Origin: an uncultured Oscillospiraceae bacterium
GTDB taxonomy: Bacteria; Bacillota; Clostridia; Saccharofermentanales; UBA5734
NCBI GenBank assembly: GCA_964607635.1
Contig: CAZSLR010000001.1
Span: forward strand, 1 to 34,474
Reading direction: 5' to 3'
Length of the DNA stretch: 34,474 nucleotides
Shown in pieces: positions 26,428 through 34,474 of this stretch. The translations under genes were made by a program, and so were the position numbers. Numbering within the stretch: position 1 is the stretch's first letter; each line of letters opens with the position of its first letter. The notes under the pieces were generated by a model. It had not been told where the DNA came from. It saw only the letters and a list, made by a program, of their open reading frames with translations, and made no database searches.

Positions 26428-28974
26428 TTACCTGCCATAAACTTTAATTCTTGCTTCGTTCTTAAAATAATCAACTATTACGCAACCACTCGTATCTGTT
26501 CTCCAGATCATACAATCGGCGTCTTCAAGTCTATTGATCACATCGGGCGAAGGATGTCCATAGAAATTCGGTCCTGAGCTGATGATCGCATGCCTGGGCA
26601 ATACCCGACCGATAAAAGGCTCTCCGGTAGTTGATCTTGATCCATGATGAGCAACCTTGATCACATCTGCCTTCTTCCATTCAGGCATCAATGATCTCTC
26701 CTGATTCGCTGTTAGATCCGCCAGCAACAGTGTTCTCAGACTTCCCTTTTCAAATTCCAATATTAGTGAAGCTTCGTTCTGATCCTTGCGGACACTTGAA
26801 ATCTCGGCATAAGCATCCGGAGACAGAACAAATATAGCTGCATCACCAGGCAAAGTGATTGTATCATGTTTTTTCAGTAACTGCACAGGTATAGACAGGT
26901 TAGTGCACTTATTGATCAGAAGCATTGATAAGTCATTTCCCTGATCATCTTTACTAAAAGCGGTTGAGAATTTACTGCTCGAATGATCAGATCTATCAGC
27001 AGCCAGAACTGATATGAGTGATACTGCGATTTCTTCGATTAGACCCAACTCAGCAAGCTCCATTACACCGTATATATGATCAGCATGTCCATGAGTTACA
27101 ATAGCCAGATCAATCTTAGAAATACCCAACGACCTCATAGCAGGCTCGATATCATAATAGCCAGAGTTTTCAGGACCACCATCTATCAGAATTGAAATTG
27201 AGCTTCTTCGATCGATCATCAGAAGGCTGTCGCCCTGACCAACATCGAGAAAATATAGAGTCCATTCAGGAGAAGTAAGACGTGTTAGATACATAATAGA
27301 CAAGCCTGCGGCAAACATTACTCCTCCAACCCACATAGGCAACTTGCCAAATGAAAACACCTTCGGCTGAACATAACGCAGCCAGAACGCAGCAGCAAGC
27401 AGAGCTCCTCCCATAAATACCAGTATGCTGAAATCAGCTGTCGATGATCTGGCCTCACTGCTTGAGCCGGCTTTTGCCAGCCATGTCAGACTTTTCAACG
27501 GTGAATCAAGTGCTGCTTTTGCGCAGGCTCCTATTAAGCTGGTAAAAAAACTGGACGCAACAGTATTCAGAAAATAACCGGAGATCATGATAATCGGAAT
27601 TACAAATACAGATAGGACGCAGATTATCGATACCAGGGAAATAGCCGGCATATTATAGAGCCAGGACAACCAGAAAATCTCGTTATTCATCTGGGCAGTC
27701 AGTGGAATCATTACGAATTGCAGCAGGACTACGGCACACAACGAATGAGTAACTAAATCTGGCAGAAGAATTTTTGTCTTATCAAGCACAATTGTTCTCA
27801 GCCAATCTGCACAAGGTACCGCAAATACTGTCAGTGCAGCCGCAGCACAGAAGCTCAGCCAGAAGCCCATCTGCATAACAATGTAAATGTTATGAAATAT
27901 CATACAGGCGCATACCAGTCCAAGCGAATTAGCCGCATCATAATTTCTGTCTGCGGCCTTAAGTACAATTAATATACTGAGCATAAAAACTGCACGTACA
28001 GCACCGGTGTTCCAACCGGTTATGGTCCCATATATAAGCAGCAACAATATTTGAACTGCTGCAGCTTGTTTCTTTCCCAGCTTCATAAGACCGGCCAACA
28101 AAGATATTGGCATAATAACAAATGATATATGTGAACCAGATACAGAGGTCAAGTGAGCAAGACCGCTTCGTCTAAAGTAGATTTTGACATCAGGATCAAG
28201 TAGATTGTCATCACCGACAAAAATCGCGAGCAGTAAGTCTGCCTGTTCCCGATCTAAAAATGATCTGACAGCCTGTCTTATTGCAGATTTGGCTGGAACT
28301 GCCGATCGTAATCGATGCCAGATACCACCCTTTTTCAGAACACAAAGCTCTTCTGCCATTACAATCTTCCCGGTCGTATAAATGCCATGGCTCAATAACA
28401 AGTCACGCATCGAAAATCCACCAGGATTTGTTTCCTTCGCCGGCAATTCCATTACGACCTTTGCAGAAATGAAGTCTCCGAACTCAAGCTGGCTGATGCT
28501 ACCTGTCAGCCTTATCAGGCAGCCATTAACGAGCCTCAATCTAACTGAGCTCCAATCATCGCCGGCCTCATTCAGATCAGGAACCGAAACTACCGTGCCT
28601 TGGATGTCAATAATACTGCCGATAATTTCCTTACTATATAGCCGATTAAACCGATCATTTGCTTCAGCTCGAAGAAAAACAAATAGCGTTAATAAGCCTA
28701 GCAGCAAATAGAAACAGGCCAACCGGCTCCGAAGCCTTCCTCCAGCCTGGCAAAAGACATAAATAACCAAGAATGAAACAATAATTATAAGAGAAAAGCC
28801 AATGGCTGCTGAGACCTTATAAGTAATCAGAAGTCCTGCTGTTATTGATAGAAGCATCATAACTAACCCAGGCCTGAAAACTATAGCCGAAGCAATTGAT
28901 TTTGATGTTACTGCTTCACTTTTTGATCCGGTATTGAAATCCCAATGCTTATATCCTTGCTTGTTCTTGCGCAT
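26428..28974 (-). CDS. comEC: DNA internalization-related competence protein ComEC/Rec2
   Basis: Polytopic competence domain followed by a C-terminal MBL domain (FLDVGQGDS, VTHGHADH, KVAHHGS). The track start at 28980 is a TTG. The ATG is at 28974. Confidence 0.9.
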   Translation of the reverse strand: MRKNKQGYKHWDFNTGSKSEAVTSKSIASAIVFRPGLVMMLLSITAGLLITYKVSAAIGFSLIIIVSFLVIYVFCQAGGRLRSRLACFYLLLGLLTLFVFLRAEANDRFNRLYSKEIIGSIIDIQGTVVSVPDLNEAGDDWSSVRLRLVNGCLIRLTGSISQLEFGDFISAKVVMELPAKETNPGGFSMRDLLLSHGIYTTGKIVMAEELCVLKKGGIWHRLRSAVPAKSAIRQAVRSFLDREQADLLLAIFVGDDNLLDPDVKIYFRRSGLAHLTSVSGSHISFVIMPISLLAGLMKLGKKQAAAVQILLLLIYGTITGWNTGAVRAVFMLSILIVLKAADRNYDAANSLGLVCACMIFHNIYIVMQMGFWLSFCAAAALTVFAVPCADWLRTIVLDKTKILLPDLVTHSLCAVVLLQFVMIPLTAQMNNEIFWLSWLYNMPAISLVSIICVLSVFVIPIIMISGYFLNTVASSFFTSLIGACAKAALDSPLKSLTWLAKAGSSSEARSSTADFSILVFMGGALLAAAFWLRYVQPKVFSFGKLPMWVGGVMFAAGLSIMYLTRLTSPEWTLYFLDVGQGDSLLMIDRRSSISILIDGGPENSGYYDIEPAMRSLGISKIDLAIVTHGHADHIYGVMELAELGLIEEIAVSLISVLAADRSDHSSSKFSTAFSKDDQGNDLSMLLINKCTNLSIPVQLLKKHDTITLPGDAAIFVLSPDAYAEISSVRKDQNEASLILEFEKGSLRTLLLADLTANQERSLMPEWKKADVIKVAHHGSRSTTGEPFIGRVLPRHAIISSGPNFYGHPSPDVINRLEDADCMIWRTDTSGCVIVDYFKNEARIKVYGR

Positions 28975-29072
28975 AAACAACCGCCCTACGATCTTTCTGC
29001 TGCCAGTATCGCAAAAAAAACAAACGTTGGACGATCAATTAAATGACATTATTCGACAAAGCATACTGAATA

Positions 29073-29684
29073 TCAGTCATTTTCGACAGGGACTTCATTG
29101 AAAACAGCAGCTATTGCTTCTCTGACTTCGGCTAATCCATTTCGATTAAGGGCAGAAAAAACCAAGGGTTCAGCTGCTTCTTTCATGCCGGGAAGCTTTC
29201 TTAATTCCTGAATTTGCTTATTGATCTGCTGTCTGCTGAGCTTATCACTTTTTGTAAGTATGATTCTCCAAGGAAGGCCCGATGATGATAACCAGCTGAT
29301 CATTTGCATATCGTGAGAACTTGGTTTATGTCTTATGTCCATCAGATGCATTACCATTGCTATAGGTCTTCCGGCTAAAAGATACTGGTCAACCAGCTCC
29401 GAAAAATCAGCTTTTACTTCTTTGGAGACTTTTGCATAGCCGTATCCAGGCAAATCAGTCAAATAGAATCTTTCATCAACCTCGAAATAAATGACCATTC
29501 TGGTTTTTCCTGGTGTGTTGCTTACTCTGGCAAGCTTGCTTTGTCCCGAAAGCGAATTGATCAAAGAAGACTTACCTACATTAGAACGTCCTGACATCAC
29601 AATTTCCTGCAATTGATCTTTTGGACATTGATCCAGCTTTGCGGCAACACCTTTGAAGACAGTTTTACGAAAATTAACAGCCAT
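29073..29684 (-). CDS. engB: Ribosome-biogenesis GTPase YsxC/EngB (YihA)
   Basis: G1 GRSNVGKSSLINSL, G3 DLPGYG, G4 TKSDK. SD AGGAGG. Confidence 0.92.
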   Translation of the reverse strand: MAVNFRKTVFKGVAAKLDQCPKDQLQEIVMSGRSNVGKSSLINSLSGQSKLARVSNTPGKTRMVIYFEVDERFYLTDLPGYGYAKVSKEVKADFSELVDQYLLAGRPIAMVMHLMDIRHKPSSHDMQMISWLSSSGLPWRIILTKSDKLSRQQINKQIQELRKLPGMKEAAEPLVFSALNRNGLAEVREAIAAVFNEVPVEND

Positions 29685-29696
29685 GACAGCCTCCTG

Positions 29697-29725
29697 TTTA
29701 AATAAGAATCAAATTAAGTTATAAT
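29697..29725 (+). promoter_or_regulatory. Putative sigma-A promoter of the prs-like/oadB transcription unit
   Basis: TTTAAA-17 nt-TATAAT. It would leave a leader of about 135 nt before the ATG at 29866. Confidence 0.35.
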
Positions 29726-29865
29726 GACTCTGCATCTTTGTTCCTTGATCATCATATCACGATAACATAGCAACTAGCCACAAATCATCCAACCGCAGCA
29801 GTGTGATTTAGTATTTGGATCGGCTCAATGCTGAATGGATTGAATGTTTGTCCGGGAGGTTTTAA

Positions 29866-31083
29866 ATGTCACCAAAACAAAAAGAAGATAAGAATTACTA
29901 TTTGTATAACCAATACGGTGACAATCCTATGCCTCCAGTAGGACCCATAGCACTAATAACTCATAATATTGATCAGGATCTTGCCAGCTCTATTAACTAT
30001 TTTTTACGCAACAGAAGAGCTATATATCTGGCCAGACATCCCGAATTGTCACAAACTCCAGGCTTCATGAGAGTTGACTACAGAATCCCGGTTTCTACAC
30101 CACGATTCGCATCTGGAGAAGGTAAGGCGGTAATTGAACAATCCGTTAGAGGTCATGACCTGTTTATAGTAACGGATGTTCTCAATCATTCCAGCAGCTA
30201 TGTTCGCTTCGGACAGGAAGTAAGTATGGGCCCGGATGATCATTTTCAGGATCTGGTCAGGATCATCCTTGCTGTCAGTGGCCATGCGCGAAGAATTAAT
30301 CTGATAATGCCTTATCTTTATGAGGGACGTCAGGATAAGCGAAGCAATCGTGAATCTCTTGACTGCGCAGCCATGCTTAAGCTGCTTTACAGCTATAATG
30401 TAAGTAATATTTTTACCTTTGACGCTCATGACAGCAGAGTCGCAAACGCGATACCTCAAGGTGGGTTTGAAACTCTTCCTACTTCGTATCAAATTATTGA
30501 ATCTCTAATCAAAACAGTAGATGATCTGAAGCTTGACGAGGATCATTGCATGGTTGTTAGTCCTGACGAGAGCGGAATTAATAGAGCTATCTACTATGCT
30601 TCTATGCTTGAAGTGCCCTTGGGCACCTTCTATCGAAAATATGATTATCAGCAGAAAATTGCCGGTGATTATAAAACCATTGAGAAAAAATTCCTTGGTG
30701 AGGATGTCGACGGCCGGGATATTTTAATTATTGATGACATGATAGTAACTGGTAAAACAATGCTGCAGGCGGCTCAGGAGCTGAAAAATCAGGGTGCCGG
30801 CCGAATTTTTTGCATCGCCACATTCTCACAGTTTACAAACGGCATCGAAGCTTTCGATAAAGCTTATGAAAATGGCATCATTGATCGTGTTCTTGGCACT
30901 AATCTGATTTACAGATCGCCAGAGCTCCTCAAGAAGCCGTGGTTCATCGATGTTAACATGTCGCGTTACATTTCGCTTCTTATTGACGCTGTCAATCATG
31001 ATGCTTCACTATCAAAATTGATCTCACCTACCACAAAAATCAACAAATTGCTGGACTTTTATAGAAAGAGCTCAAGTGATTGA
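29866..31083 (+). CDS. Long-form (405 aa) ribose-phosphate diphosphokinase-like protein, paralog 1
   Basis: Colinear with Prs: NQYG N-terminus, RFASGEGK, MPYLYEGRQDKRSNRESL, TFDAHD, VVSPDESG, PRPP loop LIIDDMIVTGKT. Carries extra N-terminal, internal and C-terminal segments relative to 315-aa Prs. SD GGGAGG. Confidence 0.8.
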   Translation: MSPKQKEDKNYYLYNQYGDNPMPPVGPIALITHNIDQDLASSINYFLRNRRAIYLARHPELSQTPGFMRVDYRIPVSTPRFASGEGKAVIEQSVRGHDLFIVTDVLNHSSSYVRFGQEVSMGPDDHFQDLVRIILAVSGHARRINLIMPYLYEGRQDKRSNRESLDCAAMLKLLYSYNVSNIFTFDAHDSRVANAIPQGGFETLPTSYQIIESLIKTVDDLKLDEDHCMVVSPDESGINRAIYYASMLEVPLGTFYRKYDYQQKIAGDYKTIEKKFLGEDVDGRDILIIDDMIVTGKTMLQAAQELKNQGAGRIFCIATFSQFTNGIEAFDKAYENGIIDRVLGTNLIYRSPELLKKPWFIDVNMSRYISLLIDAVNHDASLSKLISPTTKINKLLDFYRKSSSD

Positions 31084-31159
31084 CAGACTGCCATCGTGCG
31101 GTACATACTATTAACTTCGGACACACAATGGCCAAATGGCTGTAAACAGGAGGATATCG

Positions 31160-32374
31160 ATGTTCCAGACCATGTCATGTGATGACAAAAACTATAATAT
31201 CTATAATCAGTATGGCAATAATCTAATGTCACCGGTAGGACCTGTTGGGATTATACCCCTGCTTGGAAGTGCTGAGTTTTCAAGTAAGGTAAATGATTTC
31301 CTGGTTCAGAGACGCACTGAGTATCAAGAGCTAAGGCCAGAGGTCAACGAAGTATATCCCGGATTTATGCGCAAGGATTATCGTATCCAGGTCTCAAATG
31401 TAAGATTTTCATCTGGTGAAGGCAAGGCTGTAATTAATAACACAGTTCGTGGCCATGATATCTTTATTATTTCTGATGTTATGAACTATTCTTGTACATA
31501 TAAAATGCATGGACTCATCAACCATATGAGCCCGGATGATCATTATCAAGATCTCAAGCGAGTAATACTTGCTATCAGCGGCAAGGCAAGAAGAATAAAT
31601 GTAATTATGCCTTTTCTCTACGAGAGCCGTCAGCATAAGAGAAATGCCAGAGAATCTCTCGACTGTGCCCATATGCTGGAAGAATTATACGGATTAGGCA
31701 TTAATAATGTTATCACCTTCGACGCTCATGATGAACGTGTCGCAAATGCAGTACCTACAAGCGGATTTGAAAGTATTCCCTCCGCTTATCAAATACTGAA
31801 GGCACTATTTAAGACAACACCGGACCTTAATATCAAAGAAGGTGGACTAATGGTTGTCAGCCCTGATGAGGGCGGTATCTCGAGAGCAATGTACTATGCT
31901 TCAATGCTCGGAGTACCACTTGGTACATTCTATAAGCGCCGTGATTATACCAAGGTTATAGATGGCAGAAATCCAATAATGGCTCATGAGTTCCTTGGGG
32001 ACACCGTAGAGGGCATGGATATTATTGTTGTTGATGATATGATTTCTTCTGGTGATTCTATCCTTGATATTGCCAGAGAGCTGAAAAGCCGCAAGGCAAA
32101 CAGAATATTTTGTGCTACGACATTTGGTTTATTTACAGAGGGTCTGGATCATTTTAACAAGGCATATGAAGAGGGTCTAATATCTAAGGTATTTGCCTGC
32201 AACTTAATATACCGTCGTCCAGAACTGCTCAAAGCACCATGGTTTGTTGATGTAGATGCTTCTAAGTTTGTCGCACTTCTGATCGACGCGATAAATCATG
32301 ATGCTTCATTGTCTCTGCTGATGGATCCTACACTTAAGATTCGCAACCTTTTAGAAAAAATAAATAATAATTAG
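31160..32374 (+). CDS. Long-form (404 aa) ribose-phosphate diphosphokinase-like protein, paralog 2
   Basis: Same architecture as paralog 1: MPFLYESRQHKRNARESL, TFDAHD, VVSPDEGG, YKRRDY, IVVDDMISSGDS. The ATG at 31160 (MFQTMS...) is preceded by AGGAGG. The track ATG at 31136 contains that SD within its own reading frame. Confidence 0.8.
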   Translation: MFQTMSCDDKNYNIYNQYGNNLMSPVGPVGIIPLLGSAEFSSKVNDFLVQRRTEYQELRPEVNEVYPGFMRKDYRIQVSNVRFSSGEGKAVINNTVRGHDIFIISDVMNYSCTYKMHGLINHMSPDDHYQDLKRVILAISGKARRINVIMPFLYESRQHKRNARESLDCAHMLEELYGLGINNVITFDAHDERVANAVPTSGFESIPSAYQILKALFKTTPDLNIKEGGLMVVSPDEGGISRAMYYASMLGVPLGTFYKRRDYTKVIDGRNPIMAHEFLGDTVEGMDIIVVDDMISSGDSILDIARELKSRKANRIFCATTFGLFTEGLDHFNKAYEEGLISKVFACNLIYRRPELLKAPWFVDVDASKFVALLIDAINHDASLSLLMDPTLKIRNLLEKINNN

Positions 32375-32436
32375 AAACCAATCATCCACATTAGCTTGAC
32401 ACAAAAACTATAACGAAATGGAGAAAGGTAATTTTT

Positions 32437-33627
32437 ATGCAGGAATTATTTAGCGAATTGTTTAGTGGTGTTACTTTTCTTGGCACAGCCGCAGGCATAA
32501 GATCACTCGTAATGTTTGCGATCAGCGCGGTTCTTATTTATCTTGCAATCGCCAAGGATTATGAACCGGCACTCCTTCTGCCAATTGGTTTCGGTGCCAT
32601 TCTGGCAAATCTGCCGCCAGCCATAGAAGGTATGGCAGCAGTAATCGGCGTTGAGGGTGAACCTGGATTTCTCAAGGTTTTGTTTGACGCAGGTATTGCA
32701 ACCGAATTGTTTCCGATTCTGATTTTTATCGCGGTTGGAGCAATGATAGACTTCACGCCTCTATTTAAAAACCCGTTTATGATTTTTTTTGGCGCGGCAG
32801 CGCAATTCGGAATTTTCGCGACTTTCATTCTAACTTTGATTTTACTTCCTTATCTTGGCATCACGGGTCAGGATGCCATGCATCTGGCCTCGGCTGTCGG
32901 AATTATCGGAGCAGCAGATGGTCCAACCACATTGTATGTTGCCAACCATTTTAATTTGCAAGATTACATGGGCCCGATATCAGTTGCGGCTTATTCCTAT
33001 ATGTCACTTGTTCCAATCATCCAGCCACCGGTTATCAGGGCGCTGACAACGAAAAAGGAACGCATGATCCGCATGGATTATCATGAGGATTCGGTACCAA
33101 GAATAGTTAAGCTACTATTCCCTATCGTTATAACAATTATAGCTGGTATTATAGTTCCTATGAGTGCACCTTTAGTCGGATCACTTATGTTCGGTAATTT
33201 GATTCGTGAGTGCGGAGTTCTGGAGAAACTATCCAAGGCTGCCCAGAACGAACTCTCCAGTCTCGTAACTATTCTTCTTGGTCTGACAATTGGATCGACT
33301 ATGATCGCAGACAAATTCTTACGCTGGGAAACAGTAGGAATCATGCTACTGGGTCTGTTTGCTTTTATCTTCGACACTGCAGGTGGTGTACTATTTGCCA
33401 AGTTCCTTAATCTATTCCTGAAGCGCAAGGTCAACCCCATGATAGGTGCAGCAGGCATATCTGCCTTCCCGATGTCTGCAAGAGTAGTTCAGCGTATGGC
33501 TAAGGAAGAAGATCCCAGTAATTTTATCCTGATGCAGGCCATCAGTGCCAATGTTGCAGGTCAGCTGGGCTCTATCGTAGCAGGCGGCCTGATTATCATG
33601 TTAGTTACCATGATTGCAGGCAGATAA
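32437..33627 (+). CDS. oadB: Sodium-ion-translocating decarboxylase beta subunit (OadB/GcdB/MmdB family)
   Basis: 396-aa polytopic membrane protein with the family-typical N-terminus (LLPIGFGAILANLP) and C-terminal AAGISAFPMSARV...SANVAGQLGS segment. SD GGAGAAAGG. Confidence 0.88.
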   Translation: MQELFSELFSGVTFLGTAAGIRSLVMFAISAVLIYLAIAKDYEPALLLPIGFGAILANLPPAIEGMAAVIGVEGEPGFLKVLFDAGIATELFPILIFIAVGAMIDFTPLFKNPFMIFFGAAAQFGIFATFILTLILLPYLGITGQDAMHLASAVGIIGAADGPTTLYVANHFNLQDYMGPISVAAYSYMSLVPIIQPPVIRALTTKKERMIRMDYHEDSVPRIVKLLFPIVITIIAGIIVPMSAPLVGSLMFGNLIRECGVLEKLSKAAQNELSSLVTILLGLTIGSTMIADKFLRWETVGIMLLGLFAFIFDTAGGVLFAKFLNLFLKRKVNPMIGAAGISAFPMSARVVQRMAKEEDPSNFILMQAISANVAGQLGSIVAGGLIIMLVTMIAGR

Positions 33628-33686
33628 TTCAATGATACGCGTAATCGCGCTCAGCAAACGCTATTATTATGCAGGAGGATATTTTT

Positions 33687-33839
33687 ATGCTGCAGCAGCT
33701 TCAAAACTCGGATAATATAACTCAAGGTCTATTTATTGCCGGCGCCGGTTTGATTGGCGTTTTTACTATTCTTGTTCTATTCTTCTTTACGATCAAGTTT
33801 ATTGGTTATTTAGGTAGCAAAGGAAAAAACAAGAAGTAA
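33687..33839 (+). CDS. OadG-like small single-TM subunit (50 aa), not in the ORF track
   Basis: Hand translation gives MLQQLQNSDNITQGLFIAGAGLIGVFTILVLFFFTIKFIGYLGSKGKNKK. It has a strong SD AGGAGG 7 nt upstream, one TM helix and a basic tail. Size and position next to oadB fit the gamma-subunit family. Confidence 0.5.
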   Translation: MLQQLQNSDNITQGLFIAGAGLIGVFTILVLFFFTIKFIGYLGSKGKNKK

Positions 33840-33860
33840 TAACCGCAAGCCAAATAATAA

Positions 33861-33948
33861 AACAGGAGTCCTGTTAGTAATCTGAGCAATAATTCTGTAT
33901 ACGAATCCAGCTCTAATTACTCAGCAAACGGCTCCTGTTTTCTTGTTT
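33861..33948. terminator. Possible bidirectional terminator between convergent genes
   Basis: A 10-bp pairing (AACAGGAGTC with GGCTCCTGTT, one G-U) is flanked by T-rich runs on both strands, but the loop is about 59 nt. There is also a local AACAGG-AGT-CCTGTT mini-hairpin. Weak. Confidence 0.3.
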
Positions 33949-33976
33949 AGTTTATCATCAGAGAAGCAGATTATTT

Positions 33977-34309
33977 CTATTCCCCATCGTCTCTGAGTAG
34001 AAAATATAGCCACCCACCGGCAGCTGCAACGACCAACTCAATTCCAGTTAATGTAAAAAACCAATTGAATCGGTCTCCGGAAATCAATAAATTTATTAAA
34101 ACGATAAGGCATAACAGTATCGCTGCTACAGATATCCGACCGAAATAAGTCCCAGCCAAAAAATCGTAAACCAGCACCAGAACAGAGCTGCTGCCGCTGT
34201 TAGTTCGCGTTTTGTTCCCGCTGCTGTTTGTTCTTCCTTTTGAAACCTGCCTTGAGGCTGCTTGCGTAGTTTTGCCACGTCCTGCAGCTGACTTCTTCCT
34301 GGATGGCAT
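33977..34309 (-). CDS. Small membrane protein with a basic Ser/Thr/Lys/Arg-rich N-terminal tail; unknown function
   Basis: The ATG at 34309 (MPSRKKSAAGRGK...) has SD GGAGAG 5 nt upstream. It encodes 110 aa with two predicted TM helices. The longer track ORF (to 34384) lacks an SD. Confidence 0.5.
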   Translation of the reverse strand: MPSRKKSAAGRGKTTQAASRQVSKGRTNSSGNKTRTNSGSSSVLVLVYDFLAGTYFGRISVAAILLCLIVLINLLISGDRFNWFFTLTGIELVVAAAGGWLYFLLRDDGE

Positions 34310-34448
34310 AAATACTCTCCATATCACTTTGATGGATCCTATTATAGTGCATATGAGTCGACTTTTGCCAGTATTGTGAAGCAATAATGCATCTCATACT
34401 ATGCTATAATCATATTCTGATTCAGACAAAACAATGTGAGGTAATCAT

Positions 34449-34474
34449 ATGCCACTAGATGGAATAACTGCAAA
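34449..34474 (+). CDS. 5' end of a gene running off the window; the N-terminus MPLDGITA resembles NFACT/RqcH (FbpA-like) proteins
   Basis: ATG preceded by GTGAGGT with 6-nt spacing. Only 8 codons are visible, so the family call rests on the M-x-[FL]-DG-[IL] N-terminal pattern alone. Confidence 0.25.

Noticed and set aside
29726-29865. Leader of about 135 nt upstream of prs paralog 1 as a possible PRPP, purine or ZTP-type riboswitch or PyrR site.
   Set aside because: I found no conserved cores of purine, ykkC/PRPP, ZTP or preQ1 riboswitches and no PyrR loop. Only weak 6-bp alternative pairings are present (AAATCA/TGATTT and ATCCAA/TTGGAT). This cannot be supported without a covariance-model scan.
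29866-32374. The two prs-like genes as a possible assembly duplication or recent tandem repeat.
   Set aside because: The proteins differ at close to half of their positions and the DNA is clearly diverged throughout. This is an old paralogous pair, not a repeat artefact.

Overview
This is a chromosomal, mostly housekeeping segment from a low-GC Gram-positive. The proteins look Clostridia/Lachnospiraceae-like, but the taxon cannot be verified from the window alone. I support about 31 protein genes. I found no rRNA, tRNA, CRISPR array, IS element or integrase. Gene order: (-) mtaD (runs off the left edge), ahcY, punA, secA, yerC; (-) a three-gene TadE/TadG-like cluster; (-) a polar amino-acid ABC transporter (ATPase, permease, binding protein); (+) a DUF5050-like lipoprotein; (-) MBL hydrolase, gdhA, MGS-like gene, pbp2, mreD, mreC, radC, maf, asnS, SEC-C protein, icd, holA, comEC, engB; (+) two tandem long-form prs paralogs, oadB and a 50-aa oadG-like ORF missing from the track; (-) a small membrane protein; (+) the first 26 nt of an NFACT/rqcH-like gene. 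Several M starts in the ORF track are really TTG or GTG codons, and I re-called starts where a Shine-Dalgarno (SD) sequence and homology support an internal ATG or GTG. The best candidate for something undescribed is the tightly overlapping, machinery-less TadE/TadG-like operon at 6784-9737, whose last protein carries an unassigned C-terminal domain. Secondary curiosities: a circularly permuted amino-acid binding protein; an mtaD-ahcY-punA arrangement implying SAH recycling via S-inosylhomocysteine; a catalytically degenerate methylglyoxal-synthase-like gene closing the mreCD-pbp2 operon; tandem divergent 405-aa PRPP-synthetase paralogs; and an alpha-less oadB/oadG pair. All family assignments come from reading motifs by eye. 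No database search was run.
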